The notes under the pieces: model-generated | Told to the model about the DNA's origin: nothing | The model's database searches: none | Seen by the model: only the letters and a program-made list of their open reading frames with translations | NCBI GenBank assembly: GCA_041640595.1 | Contig: JBEPZY010000001.1 | Span: 640,001-704,000 of the forward strand | Direction: 5' to 3' | DNA length: 64,000 bases | Source: Gemmatales bacterium | Lineage (GTDB): Bacteria > Planctomycetota > Planctomycetia > Gemmatales > HRBIN36 | Shown here: piece after piece, positions 30,507 through 39,574 of the stretch | Layout: each line of letters starts with the position of its first letter | Numbering within the stretch: position 1 is the stretch's first letter | Translations under genes and position numbers: made by a program

Positions 30507-31928
30507 TCACTTACGCTTGGCCTGTGCCCAGATTGGGCCATAGACTTCTTTGTCAAAAGGCGGGCATCCGGTAGGAAACTGTCCCAGTGGGTGGTGCTTG
30601 GAACGCATCAGTGCCGTGCAATAGCTGAAAGTGCGACAGACACGGCGACGGTCGAGGCCGCCACTTTGGACAAGCTGACGGACGAAATCAGGTTGAGCGA
30701 GAGCGGCCCGTCCAACTCCGACGATGGAAACTCTTCCACGAGCAACGTTAGCCGCTGCTGCCTGGAACAAAAATTCCTGCAAATAGCTGTACCCGCTGCC
30801 TACCACAACCAGGTCGGGAAACGTTCGCTGCACCGCTTCGGTAAGCCGAAAATGACGGGCCACGCCGACCAGTGGCGGTTCCGGCGTTTCGTAACCGTCG
30901 GGAGGTGGATACTCGAACGGCCGAGTCAAATGCGGCGAGGCATAAGGGTTGCCCATACTGATATTCACCACCGTCACCCCTAGCTGCCGCATTTGCTCGA
31001 TCCAGCGAATTGGCTCTTCCAAATCGGGTTGTTGTGGATCGAGCGGTGAAGTCCCCCAGGCGCTGAGAACCGGCAGGGAAAACGGCCAGGGTTCACCGGG
31101 ACCGTCAGGATTGCCCGGCGGCCGACGATAAGGCAACCCGTCATAAACGTTTAGCCGGGTAAAAATCAGCAACTGTGGTACTTCTTGCCGAATCCGCGTA
31201 ATAATGTTGCGGACCAGGCGAGTGCGATTTTCAAAATCCCCGCCATATTGCCCCGGTCGTAACCGTGCCGCCAGCAATTCATTGAGCAGATAACGATGGC
31301 ATTGTTTGATATCCACGAACTGGCAACCGATCTGATAGGCCCACCGCGCTGCCCTTACGAAAGCTTCCTCGACAAGTTCCAGTTCCGCATCGCTGAGTAA
31401 GGGATAGCTGCTGTCCACAAACTTGCCCGAGCTGCGGTCAAAAGTGATCGGGTCGAGCAAAGGATCGTGCATGGCCAATAACGGCCGCCAATGACTGTAC
31501 CGTCCGGAATGCGTCAGCTGCAGGCCAACAAGCAAGTCGCTGTCATTGCCCCAGGTCTGACGGTGTGCCTGGCGACATTCCGCTAACAGGCGTTCCAGAG
31601 CGGAAAGATTTTCGGGGATGAGACACAATTGGCGTGGATTAGCCCGCGCCTCCGGAAGAATCGCCGTCGCTTCGCCCCAGATCAGCTTCGCACCGCCAGC
31701 ACCAAAACGGCGATAGCGTCGGAACGTTAGCTCATCCGGAGCGCCCTCCAGGGTGCCATCGCAGCCTTCCATAGGCTGAATGCACAAACGGTTTCCCAGC
31801 CGATAAGGCCCTATCGAAATCGGTTGCCACAGCGGCGACAGATCGTCTTGCAGGTAAATTTCCACCTGCAGAGCTGCCGCAGCCCGGAGCAATTGTTCGG
31901 CAGTGCGAAAATGAAAGTACCTGGCCAT
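30507..31928 (-). CDS. NADH:flavin oxidoreductase (Old Yellow Enzyme-like)
   Basis: QPMEG, GLQLTHSGR, DIKQCHRYLL and YGGDFENRTR. Confidence 0.88.
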   Translation of the reverse strand: MARYFHFRTAEQLLRAAAALQVEIYLQDDLSPLWQPISIGPYRLGNRLCIQPMEGCDGTLEGAPDELTFRRYRRFGAGGAKLIWGEATAILPEARANPRQLCLIPENLSALERLLAECRQAHRQTWGNDSDLLVGLQLTHSGRYSHWRPLLAMHDPLLDPITFDRSSGKFVDSSYPLLSDAELELVEEAFVRAARWAYQIGCQFVDIKQCHRYLLNELLAARLRPGQYGGDFENRTRLVRNIITRIRQEVPQLLIFTRLNVYDGLPYRRPPGNPDGPGEPWPFSLPVLSAWGTSPLDPQQPDLEEPIRWIEQMRQLGVTVVNISMGNPYASPHLTRPFEYPPPDGYETPEPPLVGVARHFRLTEAVQRTFPDLVVVGSGYSYLQEFLFQAAAANVARGRVSIVGVGRAALAQPDFVRQLVQSGGLDRRRVCRTFSYCTALMRSKHHPLGQFPTGCPPFDKEVYGPIWAQAKRK

Positions 31929-32483
31929 AATTCCACCCCGGTTGGTCTTTCAATGTACCGCAACTCCAGCGGCCGGCAAATATTCGTGCCCATTCGCCAA
32001 AGGCGTATGCGAAGTTTGCGTTACCTGTCCACGGTGCTGCGGAAAGGCTCGTCCCTTGCTTCGTTCAAGGCAGAACTGAAATCGGTGCGGTAAAGGTCGT
32101 CGGCAAAGGGCCACGAACTTAACAAGCCCTCTTGTCGGAAAGACGAGCATTAGCGAAAATGGGTCGCGCCACCACATGATTGTTTGCTCCGAATCGCTGC
32201 CGGCTCCGATCCAAAAATTCCCGTAAGGCGTCCCGTGGCCCGGGGAAGACCGAAACAGTAAGCATGGGCAAACGCGGAATAAGCTGCGCTCACTGCGACG
32301 AAATGTCGCTGGAACATTCGACCACTCGCTTGATACGGGTTACCTCGTCGCTATGGAAGAAGGCCGCGGATTTTGAAAAGGCTTGAAATCGTGCCGTGTG
32401 ATCGGTCAAACCGACCATACGGGTAGCCGTCAGGCTAACGGGCACAAGAGCCGCTCAGTTCGGCAGTATCTCAGGAGCCAACC

Positions 32484-34421
32484 ATGCCCATTCAGGAACT
32501 CAATCCAGAGCAAATACGAACCTGGTCGCTGGCAGAGAAAGACCGCTGGTGGTTGGAAAACGTTTTCCGCGGCGATATGCCGCAACTCACTGTTCGCTCT
32601 GCCGTAACCGGCATGATCCTGGGCGGCTTATTGTCGCTAACTAACCTCTATGTTGGGGCAAAAACCGGCTGGACACTCGGCGTGGGGATCACTTCGGTGA
32701 TCCTGGCTTTTGCTACCTTCCAGCTGCTGTCACGGCTAGGTTTGGGCCGCGAGTTAACCGTTCTGGAAAACAACGCCATGCAATCCGTGGCTACTGCTGC
32801 GGGTTACATGACCTCTCCACTCATTTCGAGCCTGGCCGCTTACATGATGGTCAAACAGCAGGTAATTCCCATCTGGCAAACGGTCCTGTGGGTGTTTGCG
32901 CTGGCCGTGCTGGGTGTGCTCTTTGCATTTCCGTTCAAGCGTCGCTTCATCAACGATGAACAACAACCGTTTCCGGAGGGTCGTGCTGCCGGTATCGTCA
33001 TGGACGCTCTGCATCATGGACAGGCATCCGGCGGGTTGCTCAAGGCGAAGCTGCTGGCCGGCTGCACTATTCTGGCGGCAACCGTCAAACTCCTGCAAAG
33101 CGAGAAAGTTACACACCTGCTGCATCTCCCGTGGCGGGTATGCGAATCCGTCTGGGAGTGTATTTACCGCCAGGCTGAACAGATTCCCAGGCTGCTGGGA
33201 ACGCGGCTAGACCGTTTGACGGTGGGCATAGAGTTAGACCTGGCCATGTTTGGTGCGGGAGGTTTAGTCGGCCTACGTGTGGCTGGTTCCATGTTACTCG
33301 GAGCCGTGGTGAACTTTGTGCTACTGGCTCCTTGGCTAATAGAACGGGGAGAAATCCAGCCTGGCTTATCGGGAACGATTGGCTTCCGGGAAATCACGTT
33401 CTGGTCGCTGTGGGCCGGCGTGGCCATGATGACTGCCGCCTCCTTGCTCGCTTTTTTCGCCAAACCGGAAATTATCTGGGCACCGATTCGCCGACTCTTT
33501 TCCCGCAACAGGCAAAATGATCAGGATGTACTGGCCCATATCGAACTGCCCATCCAGCTTTCATTACTGGGCGTGCCCTGTCTGACTGCACTGGTTTGTT
33601 GGATGGGCTGGGCATTTTTTGGCATCGCGCCGGTTTATGGTCTCCTCGCGGTGGTACTTACGTTTTTCTTCAGCCTGATCGCTATCAATTCCACAGGGCT
33701 GACTTCGATCACGCCGATCGGTGCCATGGGGAAGTTGACCCAGCTGATATTTGCTTTAGTGGCTCCAGGAGACAAAGGGGTCAACTTGATGACCGCCGGG
33801 ATTACCGGAGAGGTGGCGAGCAATTCTGCTAACCTGCTGATGGACATTAAACCCGGCTATATGCTAGGAGCCAAGCCACGCCAGCAAGCCGTCGGACACG
33901 TTCTTGGAGCACTGGCGGGAGCCCTGATAGCGACGCCGGTTTTCTATCTGGTGTTTATGCGCGTGGACCAGGGGCGACTGGATTGGCAGCAGGCGTTCCA
34001 ACCGTCGGATACAGTGGCTGAGATAAGCTTCGGCGATTACCCAATGCCTTCGGCGTCAATCTGGCGAGCGGTAGCGGATGTGCTGGCGGAGGGCGTTCAC
34101 GTAATCCCAGAATCGGCTCGCTGGGCCGCGTTGATGGCACTGGTGGCTGGACTTGTGCTGGAATGGTTCCGTTTGCGACGCCCCGCCTGGTTTTTTATTT
34201 CTCCCATCGGATTCAGCCTCGGTTTCGTGATCCGTTTCGATACCTGTGCTATCATGTTCCTGGGAGCGCTCAGCGTGTGGCTTGCAGAAAAATTGCGGCG
34301 GCCGGAAAGCTGGTGGGATCGCTCGGTCGTGCAAAATCACGAGGCCATTTGTGCCGGTTTGATTGCTGGCGGTTCCTTGATGGGCATTTTCCTGAACATC
34401 GTGGACATTCTGGTTCCCTGA
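32484..34421 (+). CDS. OPT-family oligopeptide transporter
   Basis: NLYVGAKTG, LENN, FPEGRAA and DIKPGYMLGAKPRQQ, with many TM segments. Confidence 0.93.
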   Translation: MPIQELNPEQIRTWSLAEKDRWWLENVFRGDMPQLTVRSAVTGMILGGLLSLTNLYVGAKTGWTLGVGITSVILAFATFQLLSRLGLGRELTVLENNAMQSVATAAGYMTSPLISSLAAYMMVKQQVIPIWQTVLWVFALAVLGVLFAFPFKRRFINDEQQPFPEGRAAGIVMDALHHGQASGGLLKAKLLAGCTILAATVKLLQSEKVTHLLHLPWRVCESVWECIYRQAEQIPRLLGTRLDRLTVGIELDLAMFGAGGLVGLRVAGSMLLGAVVNFVLLAPWLIERGEIQPGLSGTIGFREITFWSLWAGVAMMTAASLLAFFAKPEIIWAPIRRLFSRNRQNDQDVLAHIELPIQLSLLGVPCLTALVCWMGWAFFGIAPVYGLLAVVLTFFFSLIAINSTGLTSITPIGAMGKLTQLIFALVAPGDKGVNLMTAGITGEVASNSANLLMDIKPGYMLGAKPRQQAVGHVLGALAGALIATPVFYLVFMRVDQGRLDWQQAFQPSDTVAEISFGDYPMPSASIWRAVADVLAEGVHVIPESARWAALMALVAGLVLEWFRLRRPAWFFISPIGFSLGFVIRFDTCAIMFLGALSVWLAEKLRRPESWWDRSVVQNHEAICAGLIAGGSLMGIFLNIVDILVP

Positions 34422-34422
34422 C

Positions 34423-36468
34423 TCAGGGCAACAGATCGGGTAAGGGAAGTGGCACACTCAATTGGAGACGCACGCCGGGTAAGCAATCGCCAGATTCAGG
34501 CGGCTGATCGGTTGAGTGACAACGCGGCGTCAATTCCAGTGTTGTGAAGCCAAACACTTGCGAGCGGGCTTCACGCTCCGACCAGGAAACTTGCCAGGCT
34601 CGTCCGGAGCTGTCGTGTACCCGTCCCCAAATGCGGATAGCTACACCGGGTCGGTAGGCGTAACATTCTCCTGGCCAGGCAACATGCGTTACCAGGCGAT
34701 ACTCGTAGCGGGGTGATTGACCATAGCCGCGAAAGTTCGGGATGACAGTTCGGCCATCAGCTGGAAGGTGCAGACCGATTCTCGGGACAATTTCGGATGC
34801 CGCTAACGGCGACGATCCGACTCGCTGGTAGCTGAGCACGGTTTCCGGTTCGCCAGGACTGAGGAAAATCAGTTTCAGTTCGGCAGGCGGTTCCGGAAAA
34901 TTCAGGTCCGACGGGCTCTTTCCTGCGAGCACGGATAAGGGCGATACATTGGCAGGCCACAGGAGGAATAATCGCCCAAGCGGAAGCGGGATTTGCTCTT
35001 GCAGAACCAGTTGGGTCAGTTCATCGAGAGGATCCACGGCCTGACGCCCGGCCCAGCACTGGAGCAATTGCACCACCGACAACCAGTGAGCCAGTTCCCG
35101 GCGAGCAGCTCCGCTCAGCCAGCCGTGTTGAACACACTCACGCCAGGCAGAATACGTTTCCTTACCGTCGCCCAGCCGCAAAACGTTACGGCGAATCTCC
35201 GCTCGCACAGGTTCCAGCACCGCTCGATAGCGTGATTCCGCTAGGTGGCGTAAATCCTCGGCTACTTCCAGCGGCAAATCGCCAGGTAAAGGTTCGCGGT
35301 CCGCCCAGGCTATCGGGCAGTCTCGCTGCGCTCGTGTCAACCTTTCCTTCAACTCGGCCAGAAAGTTATCGAAAGCCTCGCGCGTCCCGGACGGACCAGC
35401 ATGAATCGCCGGCACAAACGCCAGCGCTCCTGAGTGCTCAACGCTGTTATCCGAAAATGCTGGCTGATCGCCGTGCGCTCCCAGAAGCAAAGCACGTTCC
35501 TGTACGCGTGTGAGGTGGTGGGTAACTTCCATTAGAGCCTGAACCAGTAGTTTGGCTTCTGGTGTCGAAGGTTTCGGCAGTTGTCCGCTGGCCTGGCGAA
35601 ACCGATGGACTTCGGCGATCCACCCCGGCCAATCCAGCACCAGCGCATGTCCCCGGCGCCAATCTTCCCAGCGGAGCAACCTTCGCCCTTGATCTGTCCA
35701 CCAGGCTAACCGCTCGGTTGGCGGCAAAAATGTCGTGGGATCGTCAGGCTGAGCCTGGTGGCTCCGCAAAGCATGCTGCCATCGAGTCGCCAGTCGCCAC
35801 AAGCCAGCTGTAGCCGCTATCAGTACCGCGACGCATGCCAGGGCCATTACGGGGAGCAGGATTCTTTGCCTGGCGGTACGGCTGTGAAATTCGTGGGCTG
35901 AGCGCAGGGTTTCTTCAAGCAACGGTGCCACACCGAAACGGGCTAGCGGATACGAGTCGGGCAAATCCGTCGGTTCCGCCAGACTTACAGCCCAGAACCG
36001 GCAGTTGACGCCGCCAAAACCGCCTTCCAGTTTGATATGCCGTTCAGACAGGGCGGCGACCAGTTGCTGAAACAACTCCGCTTTTCTATTTTCAAGCCAT
36101 TCCAGCGCGTCGGGGACAGTCATGGCGACGACTTGCTTCTCCCAATTGTGAAGGGCAACAAAAAACGGCCTTTGACCCGGCGTCAGTCGCCGTCCCCATT
36201 TAGCCAGGCTCTGAACCAGGGCCTCGACCAATACTCGGAGACTGTCTTTCGGACTGGCTGCGCACTTTTCATGGTCAAGCAGGAAAACGATCGCATCGGC
36301 ATAATCAGGTATGATGCCGTCTGCGTGCAAGGAAATGCTGGCCGGTAAACTTTCGGCAAGTTGAGCCAGACGCGCAAGCGTCTGTACGTCTTCGCCAACA
36401 AACGCTACGCTTACCTTCGCTTTTCGGGCCTTTTTGTTCGCTACGGACGGTTCGCCAGCTTCGGCCAT
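34423..36468 (-). CDS. Single-TM hypothetical protein with degenerate GTPase-like N-terminal domain
   Basis: 681-aa ORF. ADAIVFLLD and PFFVALHNWE resemble small-GTPase strands. TM segment ILLPVMALACVAVLIAATAGLW. Confidence 0.6.
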   Translation of the reverse strand: MAEAGEPSVANKKARKAKVSVAFVGEDVQTLARLAQLAESLPASISLHADGIIPDYADAIVFLLDHEKCAASPKDSLRVLVEALVQSLAKWGRRLTPGQRPFFVALHNWEKQVVAMTVPDALEWLENRKAELFQQLVAALSERHIKLEGGFGGVNCRFWAVSLAEPTDLPDSYPLARFGVAPLLEETLRSAHEFHSRTARQRILLPVMALACVAVLIAATAGLWRLATRWQHALRSHQAQPDDPTTFLPPTERLAWWTDQGRRLLRWEDWRRGHALVLDWPGWIAEVHRFRQASGQLPKPSTPEAKLLVQALMEVTHHLTRVQERALLLGAHGDQPAFSDNSVEHSGALAFVPAIHAGPSGTREAFDNFLAELKERLTRAQRDCPIAWADREPLPGDLPLEVAEDLRHLAESRYRAVLEPVRAEIRRNVLRLGDGKETYSAWRECVQHGWLSGAARRELAHWLSVVQLLQCWAGRQAVDPLDELTQLVLQEQIPLPLGRLFLLWPANVSPLSVLAGKSPSDLNFPEPPAELKLIFLSPGEPETVLSYQRVGSSPLAASEIVPRIGLHLPADGRTVIPNFRGYGQSPRYEYRLVTHVAWPGECYAYRPGVAIRIWGRVHDSSGRAWQVSWSEREARSQVFGFTTLELTPRCHSTDQPPESGDCLPGVRLQLSVPLPLPDLLP

Positions 36469-36507
36469 TCCGTTCCACTCACTCGCTGACTTGCGCAGTC
36501 AACTCGC

Positions 36508-37221
36508 TCAGCGATCCACCAGGGGCGAGTATTTCGGTTGTTCTGTGTCAGGATGATCGAAGCGCACTTTCGCTTCCATCAGCAGGCGTCGCAGCTTGGT
36601 TACCTCGTTGTGGCGCAGGCTGGTGCTGTACGGGGTCACATGCAGTTCCACCGCCTCCAGAGCTGACTCCCGGCGGATTTGCCCCACCCGCAGCAGTATG
36701 GCTTCAGCATTGATTGGCTCCTTGGGCCATGTAGAGGGAAAAATCATCGGAGCATTTGCGGAAGTAGCGGAAACCACGCCGAGAACGAGAAAGTATTTGT
36801 CCGGCGGCACAAACGGGGGTTCGGAATTCGGCCCAAGGAGTTTGACACGCAAAATGAGCTTTTCCTTCGGGAGCTCATCTCTGGCAGGAGCGAACACCGC
36901 CGGAGATGGAGGAGCAGGATCAGGTGGCAACACCTCAGCAGTGTTCGGTTTCGTGTACGTTCCAGGTTCGGTACCCCCGTCGCCAGGACCGCTGCCCGGC
37001 GACCCGAAATGCAGTAGCAGCCATGCCAGGATACCTCCGATGGTGCCTCCGCCAAGCCGTGACCATAACACCGTCCGTTTTGAAGCCTCCTGCCCGGAGA
37101 TGGCGGCGAGAAGACCAAGCAGCCAGCCGGTCAACAACGCCCCTCCGATAAATGCGGCGATACTGATGCCTAAGCGTATCCACCAGGCCAGTTCCGCTAA
37201 CCAGTGCCACAACTCCACCAT
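36508..37221 (-). CDS. Two-TM membrane protein with Gly/Pro linker and ExbD-like soluble domain
   Basis: AGGAGG RBS, two N-terminal hydrophobic helices, then GSPGSGPGDGG and PPDPAPP linker. Confidence 0.65.
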   Translation of the reverse strand: MVELWHWLAELAWWIRLGISIAAFIGGALLTGWLLGLLAAISGQEASKRTVLWSRLGGGTIGGILAWLLLHFGSPGSGPGDGGTEPGTYTKPNTAEVLPPDPAPPSPAVFAPARDELPKEKLILRVKLLGPNSEPPFVPPDKYFLVLGVVSATSANAPMIFPSTWPKEPINAEAILLRVGQIRRESALEAVELHVTPYSTSLRHNEVTKLRRLLMEAKVRFDHPDTEQPKYSPLVDR

Positions 37222-37570
37222 GGTTTGCCTCCTGGTTTACGCCTGTAAGCCGCGACGAAGAATAGGGTACGTGTGTCTCTTGCGAAATCGCAGAAATACC
37301 GCGTATCGAGCAAATCTATTGGCTTGGAGCGTTGCTTGCCGAATGGCATCTTTCCTGCACATAGGTGAGAGAACGGCGGAAGCGTCATCACCATGCTCAC
37401 CCGAAAGCTTGCTCTATAGCGCAAGCTCGCAGCACCTGCTGGCCATTGATTTTCGGCCTTGCAACTCCTGAGTGAGAATGAGCCGACAGTTATCGTAGCA
37501 AAGTCGAGATGCGTTTCCCAGACCGGTCCCGTTGCGCGATTGCCCGGCGTCTCAGCAGCCGTATTCGCCA

Positions 37571-37683
37571 TAACGCGGGCCAGCCGCCTTACGCTGAAAG
37601 ATCGCACCTGCTGAACGGCTCGTCAAGCGAACCAGGCCTGATAACTAACGCGGGCCAAACGCAGCGCGCGGAAAGATCGCACC
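37571..37683. repeat. Two-copy 38-nt imperfect direct repeat (period 75)
   Basis: TAACGCGGGCCAgcCGCcttaCGCtGAAAGATCGCACC at 37571 vs TAACGCGGGCCAaaCGCagcgCGCgGAAAGATCGCACC at 37646, 31/38 identical. Confidence 0.8.
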
Positions 37684-37823
37684 GCAGCATCATTCGCTTC
37701 ACCGACGCGCGTGCGGAACTCGTGAACAAACAGAGCATACCTCAACGGTCTGCGATTTACTTTCGCTCGCACAGTTGGCTAGCTCCACCATGGTGTTACT
37801 ACGCGGGCCCTGAATAGCGGCGA

Positions 37824-38315
37824 CTAATACCGTGGCGGCGGAATGTACTCGTATCGTACTCCGGCAAACCAGCGGCGAAAGCGAGCTTCATCCTGCTGGT
37901 CGGGATGCGGCTTGGAATAGTCCGCAATCAGCAAAAAGGTCAGCCGTTTTTGTCCTGCCTGGGCTGCACGACTGCGGAAATCAGCAATGATCTGCTGCAC
38001 GTTTTTCTCGGTAACTTCCACTTCACGCCCGTCAAGTTGAAGCAAAAGTCGGCCCGTGTCGCCCTCAATTCGCAACGGTACCAGGTAATCGCGAAAGCCA
38101 GGCAAAGCATCCACCTGTCTTCGCAGTCTGGCCAATTCCTCCCAAGCCAAATGTTGCTGTGCTGGCGTCCAGATGCCGTGACGAGATACCGAACTGGTTG
38201 CCCCGCCAGGCCAGTCGCCCAGATGCGGCAATAGCAGGAACAACGAGAAAAGCAGCGCCATCACATCGGCCATCGGTAGCAGAAACCGGCTGATACTGCG
38301 ATAACGTCCCTGCAT
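37824..38315 (-). CDS. ExbD/TolR-like motor subunit
   Basis: LLPMADVMALLFSLFLL TM with the conserved Asp, and a C-terminal LLIAD motif. Confidence 0.65.
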   Translation of the reverse strand: MQGRYRSISRFLLPMADVMALLFSLFLLLPHLGDWPGGATSSVSRHGIWTPAQQHLAWEELARLRRQVDALPGFRDYLVPLRIEGDTGRLLLQLDGREVEVTEKNVQQIIADFRSRAAQAGQKRLTFLLIADYSKPHPDQQDEARFRRWFAGVRYEYIPPPRY

Positions 38316-38343
38316 AGGTATCCGCCCCCTTTTCGGAGCATGT

Positions 38344-38856
38344 TCACTCGATTCGAGACCGTCGCAAAGCCAGAACCAGGATAAAACGACGGCCAACGAC
38401 TACGAGCCACCACGGCACGACATTCACCAACGCCATCAGCAAGCCACTGGCTGTAGTGGTCAGGGCAGGTGCGTACAGTCGCAGGATTTCCTGCTGCGGC
38501 ACGACTTGCCGCAAACCGATGGTAGCAAAGGTCTGCAAAATTCCGGCCACCGTTCCGAATAGCCCTAACAGTGGAAACCACTCAGCTGCCCAGGCCATTT
38601 GTTGGAGAACTTCATCCGGCCGAGTATCGAAATCGGTCTCCTGCCAGCGCAATGCTCGCCACACGAGCCACAGTTGAATGATAGCCAGACCCGTGCCCAG
38701 TCCAAGAATCAACCAGTCCAGATACGATTCCCGGACTCGGTCGAGATAAAAGCGGAGAGCAGTTTCCGGCATGGCCAGAACCAGGGCGATCCCGGCAATG
38801 CCTGGCAGTAAACAAAGCACGGACGGGATCATCCACACGATGACGAACCGTTTCAT
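38344..38856 (-). CDS. MotA/TolQ/ExbB proton-channel family protein
   Basis: FPLLGLFGTVAGI and ALTTTASGL signatures. Confidence 0.85.
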   Translation of the reverse strand: MKRFVIVWMIPSVLCLLPGIAGIALVLAMPETALRFYLDRVRESYLDWLILGLGTGLAIIQLWLVWRALRWQETDFDTRPDEVLQQMAWAAEWFPLLGLFGTVAGILQTFATIGLRQVVPQQEILRLYAPALTTTASGLLMALVNVVPWWLVVVGRRFILVLALRRSRIE

Positions 38857-39142
38857 GTTATTGACCCCCTTGAGGCATGCTTGTCAGCGTAGCTTGAAGC
38901 GTTGACTGCAACGACCGCGCGAGAAGGAGGACGTCTCCAATTAAGCTACGCAGTTGTCCATAATGGTGCCACGGTGCGGGCTTGTTTGGTAGTTACCCGC
39001 AATCGGACAGTTCCGGAAACGTGCGAACCTGCTGCGAGCGATTCCGTGATAAACACCAGCACCGGGCAGCGCCGTTCAATTTTCTCACTAATTTCGGCAG
39101 GGCAGGGTACGCACAAAAATGGGTTCTCTCCTCAAGGCTCGT

Positions 39143-39532
39143 TCAATTTTCACCCCGCAATATCGGGGGCAGGGCCTGCAATTTCCCTTCGCGATTGACG
39201 CAAGCCAGGACGGTTTCCCCTTCTGCTAGCAACTGACCATCGCGATACACCTCGTAGCCATGCTCAATGCGAACCCCTGTTACTCGTCGCAAAGTGGTAC
39301 GCAATAGCAGGAGGTCGTCATAATAGGCGGGCCGGCGGTATTTCACCCGCGCTTCCACTACCACCAGGTAATATCCTGCGTCCTCGAGGTCGCGGTAGCT
39401 GATACCCTGCAGGCGGAGCAACTCGGTGCGTCCCTGCTCGAAATAGACCAGATACTGAGCATGATGCAGTAATCCCATGCGGTCGGTTTCAGCATAGCGG
39501 ACGCGGATGGAAATGTCGCAACTTGTCGGCAT
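39143..39532 (-). CDS. YbgC/FadM-like acyl-CoA thioesterase
   Basis: RVRYAETDRMG.LHHAQYLVYFEQGRTE and PAYYDD. Confidence 0.9.
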   Translation of the reverse strand: MPTSCDISIRVRYAETDRMGLLHHAQYLVYFEQGRTELLRLQGISYRDLEDAGYYLVVVEARVKYRRPAYYDDLLLLRTTLRRVTGVRIEHGYEVYRDGQLLAEGETVLACVNREGKLQALPPILRGEN

Positions 39533-39574
39533 AGGCGTTATCAATCTCCGCCAGTGGGAGTGATTGTGGCGATC

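Noticed and set aside
37571..37683. CRISPR array call for this repeat pair and for 57446-57539
   Set aside because: Only two imperfect copies each, with no cas genes or leader. Kept as repeats.
37824..38856. Zorya (ZorAB) or flagellar MotAB assignment
   Set aside because: No long ZorA tail, no OmpA-like peptidoglycan-binding domain on the partner, and no zorC/D/E or flagellar genes.
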